This document shows, one piece after another, positions 51,838 to 60,867 of a stretch of 64,000 nucleotides of DNA. The DNA is from an uncultured Gemmatimonadaceae bacterium. GTDB lineage: Bacteria; Gemmatimonadota; Gemmatimonadetes; Gemmatimonadales; Gemmatimonadaceae. A program made the position numbers and the translations under genes. Location: positions 2,560,001 through 2,624,000 of the forward strand of contig OY970320.1 of assembly GCA_963716745.1 (NCBI GenBank), given 5' to 3'. The first letter of the stretch is position 1. Every line of letters begins with the position of its first letter. Under the pieces are notes generated by a model, which searched no databases, was not told where the DNA came from, and saw only the letters and a program-made list of their open reading frames with translations.

Positions 51838-51962
51838 TCAGGGTGGCCTGGAGTCAGGGCGGGTGAGGGGCGGGTAAGTATAGTAGGGAAGAGCGGGAGC
51901 ACGAGGTGCGATAGCGCGCGAGTGGCCGCTGTCCAGTCTCGTGGACAGCCTGTGACCGCTTC

Positions 51963-51991
51963 TTGACACGGTCTGGACCCTTTCCTATACT
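51963..51991 (+). promoter_or_regulatory. Near-consensus sigma70 promoter for susCD
   Basis: TTGACA-N17-TATACT. Confidence 0.85.
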
Positions 51992-52226
51992 CGACAGACA
52001 AGGCAGTGGGTCCGAACGGTCGTCCGCCCCCGGTCCGTTTTTTGGGGGGCGTCCGTTGGGCTCGCAGCTAATCGATGTATCTCTGCTTTCGAAACTCAAC
52101 CAGGGAGGTGCTCCGGAGGTCGCAAGCCCGGTGCGGTTGGCTGCGACGCGTGTGCGCGCAGCGTGGTTCCCACGGTTGGATCGTTAGATCCACACGTTCA
52201 TTGGAACGAGTTCGAAAGGAGGAAGC

Positions 52227-55200
52227 ATGGGACGTCTTGTCAAGTCAGTTCTCGCGATCGTGTGCGCACTGATCGCGTTGCCCGCTCTGGCGGCAGCGCA
52301 GGAAGGCGCGACGATCAGTGGGCGCGTGACGAGTGAGGCCGGTGCACCACTGAATTCCGCCAACGTGTTCCTCGAAGGCATGAACATCGGAACGCTGGCG
52401 AAGGAAGATGGCCGGTACACGTTCGTCGTGCCCGCAGCCCGCGTGAAGGGGCAGCAGGTGACCGTGACCGCACGCTTGATCGGGTATCGCGCGAAGTCGG
52501 CGACGATCACCCTCGCGGCCGGTGCGATCACGCAGGATTTCGTGTTGGCGACCAATCCGCTCCGCCTCGGCGAAGTGGTGGTCACGGGTGCTGGTACGAC
52601 GACCACCGTCGGCAAGCTGGGCGTCGTGATCAACCAGGTCGATTCGACCGCGATCAGCAACTCCAACGAGTACAACATCGTGAACGCGCTCGCGGCGAAG
52701 GCCCCGAACGTGAAGATCACGAACCAGGCCGGTGACCCGGGCTCGTCTTCCTACATCCAGATCCGCGGCCTCCGGTCGCTGTCTGGTTCGGGACAGCCGC
52801 TGTTCGTCGTCGACGGCACGCCGATCGACAACTCGACGATCTCCACCACGGCGATGACGGGCGGCACGGTGGCCCCGAACCGCGCGGCGGACATCGATCC
52901 GAACGACATCGAATCGGTGGACATTCTGAAGGGTTCGGCGGCGGCCGCGATCTACGGTGCGGCGGCGTCGGACGGTGCGATCCTGATCACGACCAAGACC
53001 GGTAAGTCCGGCGCGACGCGCTTCAGCTTCAACACGCAGCTGCAGCTCAACGACGTGAGCCATGATGTCCCGCTCCAGACGGATTGGGCGCAGGGCAATG
53101 GCGGCGTGACGGATCCGTGCTCCGTGAACCTGACGACGGGCTGCTCGGCGACCAGCATCTCGTACGGCGCGCAGCTCGCGGCGGGCACACAGACGTACAA
53201 TCACTACACCGATCTGTTCCGTGAGGGCGATCAGTGGAACAACAACCTGACGCTGTCGGGCGGCAACGACAAGACGACGTACTTCTTGTCGATGGGCTAC
53301 TCGAACACGCAGGGTGTTATCACGGGCCCGAACAACTGGTACGATCAGTACAATCTGCGCGTCAAGGCGTCGCAGCGGCTGGCTGACCGCGTGGTGGTCA
53401 GCGGCAACATCGCGTACGTCGACACGCACGGCTCGTTCATCCAGCGCGGCTCGAACGTGTCCGGTCTGTTGCTCGGCGGGCTGCGCACGCCGCCGGCGTT
53501 CAACAACCAGCCGTTCCTCGACACGCTGACGGGCCTGCAGCGTTCCTACCGGCATCCGGCGTACTGGCCGGGTTCGCAGGTGTCGTCGCGTGGTTACGAC
53601 AACCCGTTCTTCGTGCTGAACGAGGATCCGGCGACGTCGCAGCTCAACCGCGCGTTCGGCAACGTCGCGATCGATTGGGAAGTGAACGACTGGCTCTCGC
53701 TCAAGGACAACCTGGGTGGGGACTACTACAACGACCAGCGCACGGAAGCGTTGGCGCAGTCGTCGTCCGGCTTCCCGACCGGTTCCGTCACGATCGGCAA
53801 CAACTCGATCTACAGCATCGACAATTACCTCACGGCGACCGGCACGCACACGTTCAGCCCGAACTTCAGCGGTTCGCTGACGCTCGGAACGGACGCGCAG
53901 TCGCAGAGCGTGACGCAGAACTTCACGACCGGCCAGACTCTGGTCGCGCCGACGCCGTACGCGCTCACGAACACGGTCGTCTACGTGCCGGCGACGTTCA
54001 ATTCGCTGATCCATTCGCTCTCGTACTATGCGCATGCGACGGCGGACCTGTACAACCAGCTGTACGTCACGCTCGGTATGCGCCGCGACGGGTTCTCGAC
54101 GTTCGGTGAGAGCGAGCCGTATGCGTGGTATCCGCAGGCCAACGTGGCGTGGACCTTCACGAACGCGCTGGGCAACACGGAGCAGAAGGGTGTGCTGAGC
54201 TTCGGCAAGCTGCGTGTGGGTTACGGCGAGACGGGCAAGCCGCCCGCTCCGTATTCCACGCAGACCGTGCTGGCGGCCGGCGCGTCGAGCTTCTTCGGCT
54301 CCGGCTACGGCGACCTGCTCCTCGGGACGCAGAACGGCAAGGGCGGTCTGTTGACCGGTGGCAATCTCGGCAACAACAACATCCTGCCCGAGCGTGAGAA
54401 GGAACTGGAGGCCGGTGTGGACTTCGGCTTCTTCAATCAGACGGTCGATGCCGGTATCACGTGGTACAAGGAGAACTCGACGGACGTCATTCAGGCGCTG
54501 CCGATTCCGCCTTCCACCGGCTTCTTCGGCGCGCTGTCGAACGCCGCGGCGATCGAGAACAAGGGCTTTGAAGTGACGGCGAACTGGCGTCCGCTGACCA
54601 CCGCGAAGACGTCGCTCGAGTTCGGTGTCACCTGGGGTCAGAACTTCACGGTCGCCACGAACCTGGGCGGCGCGCAGTTCTACTATATCGCCGGCGGCAC
54701 GTTCACCGGCGCGGTGGCCGCGATGTATCTCAACAACGGCCTCGTGATGCAGGGACAGGACTTCATCCGTTGCGGCAAGGGCCTGGGCGACACGGACACC
54801 ACAGGGGGCGCGAACAGCCCCGCGGCGGCTTGCAATGGCGCGCCGAAGAACGCGTTGTACATCGATTCGAACGGCTTCCCGGTCACGGATCCGAACCAGC
54901 AGATCATCGCGAATCCGAATCCGAACTGGATCGGTGGGTTCCACGGCTCCATGCGCTTCGACAAGCTGACCGTCACCTTCCTGGTGGACCACAAGCAGGG
55001 CGGCCAGGTGTGGAACGGAACGCAGGGCGCGTTGGAGTACTTCGGCACGCACAAGATCACGGACATTCGCAATACGAACCAGGTCTTCGGTTCGGCTGGC
55101 TGGTTCCCGGGTGCCGTTGTTGGTCCGGGCGCGGGCATGCCGGTGCTGATCGATCAGGATTGGTTCGAAGGCGACGGTTCAGGCTTCAGCGGTCCGTCGG

Positions 55201-55466
55201 CTCAGAACGTGGAAGACGGCACGTACACGAAGCTCCGCGAGATCGGGGTGCAGTACACCTTCTCCGGTCGCTGGGTCACGCACAATCTCGGTCTGTCGAG
55301 CGTGGACCTTCGCGTCGCTGGTCGCAACCTGTACACCTGGACGAACTACACGGGTGTTGATCCCGAGACGAACCTCGCGGGAGCCGGTGCCACGTTCCAG
55401 GGCGTCGACTACTTCAACACCCCGCAGACCAGGTCGTTCGTTCTGTCCATCGGCCTGAACCGCTAG
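52227..55466 (+). CDS. susC: SusC/RagA-family TonB-dependent outer-membrane transporter
   Basis: AAGGAGG RBS; N-terminal extension; EVVVTG; QPLFVVDG; DIESVDILKGSAAAAIYG..A.DGAILITTK; YTGVDPE; PQTRSF. Confidence 0.95.
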   Translation: MGRLVKSVLAIVCALIALPALAAAQEGATISGRVTSEAGAPLNSANVFLEGMNIGTLAKEDGRYTFVVPAARVKGQQVTVTARLIGYRAKSATITLAAGAITQDFVLATNPLRLGEVVVTGAGTTTTVGKLGVVINQVDSTAISNSNEYNIVNALAAKAPNVKITNQAGDPGSSSYIQIRGLRSLSGSGQPLFVVDGTPIDNSTISTTAMTGGTVAPNRAADIDPNDIESVDILKGSAAAAIYGAAASDGAILITTKTGKSGATRFSFNTQLQLNDVSHDVPLQTDWAQGNGGVTDPCSVNLTTGCSATSISYGAQLAAGTQTYNHYTDLFREGDQWNNNLTLSGGNDKTTYFLSMGYSNTQGVITGPNNWYDQYNLRVKASQRLADRVVVSGNIAYVDTHGSFIQRGSNVSGLLLGGLRTPPAFNNQPFLDTLTGLQRSYRHPAYWPGSQVSSRGYDNPFFVLNEDPATSQLNRAFGNVAIDWEVNDWLSLKDNLGGDYYNDQRTEALAQSSSGFPTGSVTIGNNSIYSIDNYLTATGTHTFSPNFSGSLTLGTDAQSQSVTQNFTTGQTLVAPTPYALTNTVVYVPATFNSLIHSLSYYAHATADLYNQLYVTLGMRRDGFSTFGESEPYAWYPQANVAWTFTNALGNTEQKGVLSFGKLRVGYGETGKPPAPYSTQTVLAAGASSFFGSGYGDLLLGTQNGKGGLLTGGNLGNNNILPEREKELEAGVDFGFFNQTVDAGITWYKENSTDVIQALPIPPSTGFFGALSNAAAIENKGFEVTANWRPLTTAKTSLEFGVTWGQNFTVATNLGGAQFYYIAGGTFTGAVAAMYLNNGLVMQGQDFIRCGKGLGDTDTTGGANSPAAACNGAPKNALYIDSNGFPVTDPNQQIIANPNPNWIGGFHGSMRFDKLTVTFLVDHKQGGQVWNGTQGALEYFGTHKITDIRNTNQVFGSAGWFPGAVVGPGAGMPVLIDQDWFEGDGSGFSGPSAQNVEDGTYTKLREIGVQYTFSGRWVTHNLGLSSVDLRVAGRNLYTWTNYTGVDPETNLAGAGATFQGVDYFNTPQTRSFVLSIGLNR

Positions 55467-55476
55467 GAGACCCCAG

Positions 55477-56898
55477 GTGCATAAACTCATAAAGATCACC
55501 CTCGCAGCCGCGCTGCCCGTTGTCTGGGCAGCCGGTTGCAGCGACTTCCTGAAGGGCGGCGAGTTGACGAACAACCCCAACAACGCCACCCAGGGAAGCG
55601 CCACGAACGACAACCTGTTCATCCCGATCCAGGTGAACTTCGTTGCGCAGCAGAACTCCGAGGTCGCGTGGTCGATCGCCCAGTGGATGCAGTCACTGTA
55701 CGGTCACGCGCGGCAGCAGGTCGGCGTGTACAACTATTCCAATCAGCAGCTGGGAACGGCTGGCTACGATGGCGATTGGAATACGATCTTCACCGGCGGC
55801 GGTCTTGTCGACCTCCGTCAGCTCGAGACGCAGGCCCTGAGCGGCACGGCGCCGGATCACAAGTACAACGGCATCGCGCTGATCATGGAAGCGTGGTTGA
55901 TGGGCAATGCGGCCGACTGGTGGGGTGACATTCCGTACAACCAGGCCAATAACTACTTCGTGTATCCCACGCCGCTCTTTGACGGGCAGCTCGTCGCGTA
56001 CGACAGCGTCGAGGCGAAACTGGATCGGGGGATCTCCGAGCTCACGCTCGGCGGCGTTGGCCCTGGCCCGGGCGTGGATCTCGTGTACAACGGCAACTCG
56101 GCGAAGTGGACCGCGTTGGCCCATACGCTCAAGGCGCGCTTCATGCTCCACGAAGTGCTCGCCGGCAACGCGACGTATGCCAATATCCTGACGGAGGCGG
56201 GTGCGGGCATCGCGTCGAACTCGGGCGACTACACGATCGTTTGGTTCGTGAATGGGATCCAGAACTCGTCGAACAACTGGTGGCAGGAGATGGACGGTGG
56301 TGGTGGAACCGGCCGTTCCGGCGACATCATTGCAGGCATCGCGACGTCGTCATCGGCCGGTGTGCCGCAAGACACCAGCAAGATCGTGAAGATCCTGCGC
56401 GCTGCCTCCGATCCGCGTCTTGGCGAGTACTTTGACGCCAGTAACTCGAACGAGGCGTTCCTGACCGCGTTCCGGCTCAACGCTGGCTACCCGCAGCCGT
56501 TGGCCACGTACAACGAAAACCTGCTCATCATGGCCGAGGCGCAGCTGAACACTGCTGGCGGCCCCGCGGCAGCACTCACGACACTGAGGAACGAACAGAC
56601 CTCGTGGGGAACCGCCACGAACTGGCACAACGCGGTGACCGTTCCGCTGGCGACTGTCGCGAACGACAGCACCATCGGCACGGAGAAGTACATCACGCTG
56701 TTCCAGAACCCCGAGGTATGGAACGACTGGAAGCGCCTCTGCTTCCCGAAGCTCCTGCCGGTCACCCCGAATGCGACGTTCGGGAACACGGTGCCTGCGC
56801 GTATCCTGTACCAGATCACCGAGATCCAGACGAACCCGAACGTGCCGCCGAATACGCCGTTCAACCCGAGCGATACGCGTAAGGGTTGTACGCTCTGA
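55477..56898 (+). CDS. susD: SusD/RagB-family lipoprotein
   Basis: Lipobox WAAGC; NPN; WGDIPY; DLVYNGN..KW...AHTLKAR; LIMAEA; EVWNDWKR. Confidence 0.93.
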   Translation: MHKLIKITLAAALPVVWAAGCSDFLKGGELTNNPNNATQGSATNDNLFIPIQVNFVAQQNSEVAWSIAQWMQSLYGHARQQVGVYNYSNQQLGTAGYDGDWNTIFTGGGLVDLRQLETQALSGTAPDHKYNGIALIMEAWLMGNAADWWGDIPYNQANNYFVYPTPLFDGQLVAYDSVEAKLDRGISELTLGGVGPGPGVDLVYNGNSAKWTALAHTLKARFMLHEVLAGNATYANILTEAGAGIASNSGDYTIVWFVNGIQNSSNNWWQEMDGGGGTGRSGDIIAGIATSSSAGVPQDTSKIVKILRAASDPRLGEYFDASNSNEAFLTAFRLNAGYPQPLATYNENLLIMAEAQLNTAGGPAAALTTLRNEQTSWGTATNWHNAVTVPLATVANDSTIGTEKYITLFQNPEVWNDWKRLCFPKLLPVTPNATFGNTVPARILYQITEIQTNPNVPPNTPFNPSDTRKGCTL

Positions 56899-56945
56899 CG
56901 GCGAGCACCACTTTCGCTGGCACGTACGGTAGTTGAAATAAGAAA

Positions 56946-56980
56946 GGCAGCCCGGCCCGGAACGTTCGGGCCGGGCTGTC
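56946..56980 (+). terminator. Hairpin terminator after susD
   Basis: ggcagcccggcccg-gaacgtt-cgggccgggctgtc. Confidence 0.7.
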
Positions 56981-57086
56981 GTACATTCTACAGTATGTTC
57001 AGGCCGGGCGGCGCGGTGCCTTGACGGAGTGCCGCGACGTAAGGCAACTTCAAGTATCCGATATTCTTATCACCCCAAGGGATGCC

Positions 57087-57527
57087 ATGCGCAGATTCGC
57101 CCCCCTCGTCCTCATCGTGGCCTTGGCCGGCTGTTACACCTATGCTCCATATAGAGTCGCGACTCCGGAACCGGGCAAATCGTTGCGCGTGGTGTTGACG
57201 GACACGGGCGGCGACTCGCTTGCCCGGTTCGTGGGGCCGAACGTGGCGACGATCGACGGGAAGCTCGTGCTCGCGAATGACGATGGATTGGAGATCGGCG
57301 TCAAGCAGGTGACGATGCACGACGGTCTGGAGCAGTACTGGAAGGGCGAGACGGTGACGATCCCCAAGCCGTACATCTCGTCGGTCCAGGTGAAGACGTT
57401 CTCGTGGCCGAAGACGGGCCTGCTCGCCGGCATCGTCGTCGTCGCCGTTCTGGCGCTGCAGGGATCGGGCGCGTTGAACGGCGTATTCAACCAGGGCGGG
57501 TGCAAGACCAGCTGCAACCAGCAGTAA
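57087..57527 (+). CDS. Small hypothetical lipoprotein with a C-terminal hydrophobic helix
   Basis: MRRFAPLVLIVALAGC lipobox. Confidence 0.75.
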   Translation: MRRFAPLVLIVALAGCYTYAPYRVATPEPGKSLRVVLTDTGGDSLARFVGPNVATIDGKLVLANDDGLEIGVKQVTMHDGLEQYWKGETVTIPKPYISSVQVKTFSWPKTGLLAGIVVVAVLALQGSGALNGVFNQGGCKTSCNQQ

Positions 57528-57654
57528 TCTCGCCGCGATAGGTGGTTGGTGCTCTACCGGGATTTGACTTCCCGGGTACCTTGAAAGTCTAACAGACGGC
57601 CCCCGCCCACAGCGGAGGCTCTCGTTCCGTTCCATTCCTGATTGCGGAGGCTCC

Positions 57655-58884
57655 ATGCGCACGATGCGGTCGGGTGTCAGCCTCGTCGCCGGCGCACTCA
57701 TGGTCACGATCACCGGCGCGTTCGGCGCCGCGGCGCAGGAGCCTCAGGGCACCGGCGTCACGCCGCCGCCGTCGTACCCCATGACGCGGCAGTTCGGCAC
57801 GGGGTTGGTGGATATCCCAGTCGCGTGGATCTCGCCCTACAATGGCGACGTGTGGATCAACGCGTCGGGCACGGACATTCCAGCATGTGGGAACCCGTGT
57901 GACCTGAACGGCGATGAAAAATGGAATTCCAACCTCTCGTTCGAGACGCACTGGATGCAGCGTTTCACGCTGGGGTTGTCGATCTACAGCAATAATCCCG
58001 AGTGGGGATTCTACGGCCAGTTCCTGGCGCTCACCGAGAAGGAAGGGAGCGCCCGGCCCGCCATCGCGATCGGCTTCCGGAATCTGGGACCGTACACGCA
58101 CGAGGAACGCTTCCTGATCGGTCACGACGTCACCATCGATTCCATGGGCGGCGTGAAGCCGACGAATCCGACCTGGTCGGAAGGGTTCAAGACCGCGCCG
58201 ACCTTCTACGCCGTCGCGACCAAGGACTGGAAGGTCGGCAGCACCGGCACGGTCGGCGCAACGCTCGGATACGGCACCGGGATCTTTAGCGACGACGGCG
58301 GCCTCGGAACCAACTACAACGATAAGGGCACGATCGTGAAGGGGCTCTTCCTGGGCGGGCGCTACGCGTTCCGCCCGTCGGAGAGCACCGCGCTCAACTT
58401 CGTGCTCGAGAACAACGGCTGGGACTGGAACGCGGGCGTGGTGGGCGAGTGGCGGGGGCTCTACCTCGGCTTCTACGCCACCGAGCTCGAAGAGGGCAGC
58501 CAATCGCCCACGAAGGGCAGCCTGTACCAAGTCTACAATTACACCAAGTTCAGCATCGAGATCGGCATCAACACGAACATCTTCCTCGTGAAGGAAGGCA
58601 CCGTGTTGCGGTCGCAGGTGGCCGACCTGCAGCGTGAACAGGCGCAGTTGAACGCGTCGATCTCGCAGAGCAACGCGAAGATCGCGGATCTCGAGAAGCA
58701 ACTGACGAAGGCGCAGGCCGGCGGACTCGCGGAAGTGTCCAAGCGCCGCGAGCAGCTGGACTCGCAGATCCAGGAAGAGAAGGAGTCGATCCGTCGGGCT
58801 GAAGAGCGGCTGCAGCAATTGCAGGGCGCCCAGAAACCGACCCCCCCGCCGCCGCCGCCGGCCGGCGGCACACCGCCGCGTTAA
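57655..58884 (+). CDS. YjbH-like outer-membrane beta-barrel with a C-terminal coiled coil (paralog 1)
   Basis: Signal peptide; GTGLVDIPVAW; RPAIAIGFRNLG; FYAVATK; LGYGTG; GLFLGG; heptad-rich tail; GGAGG RBS. Confidence 0.65.
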   Translation: MRTMRSGVSLVAGALMVTITGAFGAAAQEPQGTGVTPPPSYPMTRQFGTGLVDIPVAWISPYNGDVWINASGTDIPACGNPCDLNGDEKWNSNLSFETHWMQRFTLGLSIYSNNPEWGFYGQFLALTEKEGSARPAIAIGFRNLGPYTHEERFLIGHDVTIDSMGGVKPTNPTWSEGFKTAPTFYAVATKDWKVGSTGTVGATLGYGTGIFSDDGGLGTNYNDKGTIVKGLFLGGRYAFRPSESTALNFVLENNGWDWNAGVVGEWRGLYLGFYATELEEGSQSPTKGSLYQVYNYTKFSIEIGINTNIFLVKEGTVLRSQVADLQREQAQLNASISQSNAKIADLEKQLTKAQAGGLAEVSKRREQLDSQIQEEKESIRRAEERLQQLQGAQKPTPPPPPPAGGTPPR

Positions 58885-58900
58885 CCCTGGGCCACGGACG

Positions 58901-60125
58901 ATGCGTATGAATCGCAACGCGACGATCTTCTTGGTGGGAGCGGCGGCGCTCGCGGTCGCGGCGTTCGCGCCGCGCGCGGGCGCGCAGCAATCCTACCCGC
59001 AAACGCTCTATTGGGGCGCCGGTCTGATCGACATCCCGGTGGCCTGGGTGGCGCCGGTCTCGGGAGACTTCGCCGTTTCCTTCTCAGGCCAGACGTTCAA
59101 CAGCGCCGTCGCCTCGCCGCAGCTCGCGGCGCTCGACGGCTTCAATACCAACGGCGCCTTCTCGCTGTCCTTGTGGAGCCGCCTCGAACTCGGCTTGGCC
59201 ATCTACTCGAACAATCCGGAATGGGGATTCTTCGCCAGCGGTCTCGTGCTGAACGAGGAGAGCTACCGGATGAATAGCGGGGCGTCGCACTGGATCCCCA
59301 GTCTCGCGATCGGCGTGCGCAACGTGGGTCCGTACGATCACGTGGACCGATACACCATCGGCTACGAACTCTTCCCCGGGCCGCCGGCGGGGCCCGTGGT
59401 GGTGCACGAGCCCGATTCGTTGCACCAGAACTTCAAGACCGCGATGACGCTCTACGGCGTCGTCACGAAATCCTTCGCGCTCAATGAGATCAAGCCGACG
59501 TGGGGGATGACGAACATCAGCATCTCCCTCGGCTACGGTGACGGCCTCTTCTCGAACGACGGCGGCCTCGGCCGCGCCTACTCCAATCAGTCGACGGGCG
59601 GGCTCTTCGGCGGCATCAAGGTCGATCTGTATCCGATCCTCATCGAGCGTGCTGTCGTTCATGGTCGAGCAGAACGCGTGGCAGTGGAACCTCGGCGCGA
59701 ACTACGATTACCGCGGCCTCCGCTTCGGCGCATACTGGATGAATCTCTTCCCCGGACAGGCCGACACGGGCGTCGCGGGTCAACTCTACAATTACAGCAA
59801 GTTCGCGCTGTCGCTCAGCTGGCAGAGCAATTTCCTGGGCCTGGTGCACGGCGACTTCCTGCAGAAGCAGCATGCGGAGTTGGCCAAGCAGGTCGAGACG
59901 CTCAAGGGTGAGATCGCCGGTCGCCAGCAGCGGATCGCGGCGCTCGAACTCGAGATCCAACGCTACGAGGCGCAGAACTTGCTCGAGCTGGAGCAGCGCC
60001 GCGCGGCGGCGGAGCAAGCGCTCAGGCAGGAGAAGGACGCGTTGCGGGCGCTCGAGGAGCGTCTGCAGAAGCTCGAACAGAACGCGCCACCGCCGACGAC
60101 CCCGGCGAAGCCGCCCCAGGGATGA
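58901..60125 (+). CDS. YjbH-like outer-membrane beta-barrel with a C-terminal coiled coil (paralog 2); apparent +1 frameshift near 59636
   Basis: GAGLIDIPVAW, IYSNNPEWGF, PSLAIGVRNVGP; continues in ORF 59538..60125 (SFMVEQNAWQWN, YNYSKF), collinear with paralog 1. Confidence 0.65.
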
Positions 60126-60850
60126 GGATCCCACCCGTGCACCTCCAGTCCGTCTCTCGCGCGTTGCGCGTTCTTGGCGTCGCCGTGCTCGTCCCGGCGG
60201 CGCTGCCCGCACAACAGCACGCCGATTCCGCGACCATGCAGCAGGCCTACGAGCAGCGTCGCACCGAACTGCTCAAGGATCTCCAGGAGACCCAGGACTC
60301 GCTCGGCTCCCTGCGGTCGCAGCGCGTGCGGCTCGAATCGCACATCGACAACGTGCTCGCACAGAGCACCGAACAGCGCGCGCAGCAGCTGCTGTTGAGC
60401 GGCGACCTGAACGCGCTCCTGCAGCTCGACGCCGTGCTGGCGCAGGCGCAGGAGAACATGACGGCGCAGCGCGACCGCATGACGGCGCTCGGCGACGCGG
60501 TGCGCAAGCGCTCGGGCGCGGCGCTGGTGGTGCTCTTCCGCGCCGATTCGGCGCCGATGGGCATCGCGACCGCCGTGGAGCTCACGATCGACAATGCGAG
60601 CGCGGCGACGCGCACCTACTCCACGATCGCCCAGACCGCGCTGCACCAGGGCGCGGTGGATGAATTGTACAACGCTGAGATGCTGCCCACGGTCCACACC
60701 GTGCAGGCGAGCGCGACCCTTGGCGGCCAGCCGGTGAGCGCGGCGCTCAACGTGCAGACCGCCCCGAACATGGTCACGTACGTCCAGTTCACGGTGCAGG
60801 ACGGCAAGGTCATCTCGTCGACGTGGACGAGCCAAGGTACCACGCCCTGA
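60122..60850 (+). CDS. Exported coiled-coil protein with a C-terminal beta-sandwich domain
   Basis: Signal peptide; long Q/L/E heptads; VELTIDN...TY...ALHQGAVDELY...H.V.A; ATGA overlap. Confidence 0.7.
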   Translation: MRIPPVHLQSVSRALRVLGVAVLVPAALPAQQHADSATMQQAYEQRRTELLKDLQETQDSLGSLRSQRVRLESHIDNVLAQSTEQRAQQLLLSGDLNALLQLDAVLAQAQENMTAQRDRMTALGDAVRKRSGAALVVLFRADSAPMGIATAVELTIDNASAATRTYSTIAQTALHQGAVDELYNAEMLPTVHTVQASATLGGQPVSAALNVQTAPNMVTYVQFTVQDGKVISSTWTSQGTTP

Positions 60851-60867
60851 TTATCCGGCGGCAGTCG

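Noticed and set aside
51992..52226. Cobalamin or TPP riboswitch before the TonB-dependent transporter
   Set aside because: The conserved boxes of these aptamers are not recognisable; kept only as an unassigned structured leader
52245..55052. 935-aa ORF antisense to susC (likewise 43504..45480, 21060..23030, 60913..62742, 12873..14582 and many others)
   Set aside because: Shadow ORFs typical of high-GC DNA; Arg/Ala-rich with no motifs, and they lie opposite well-supported genes
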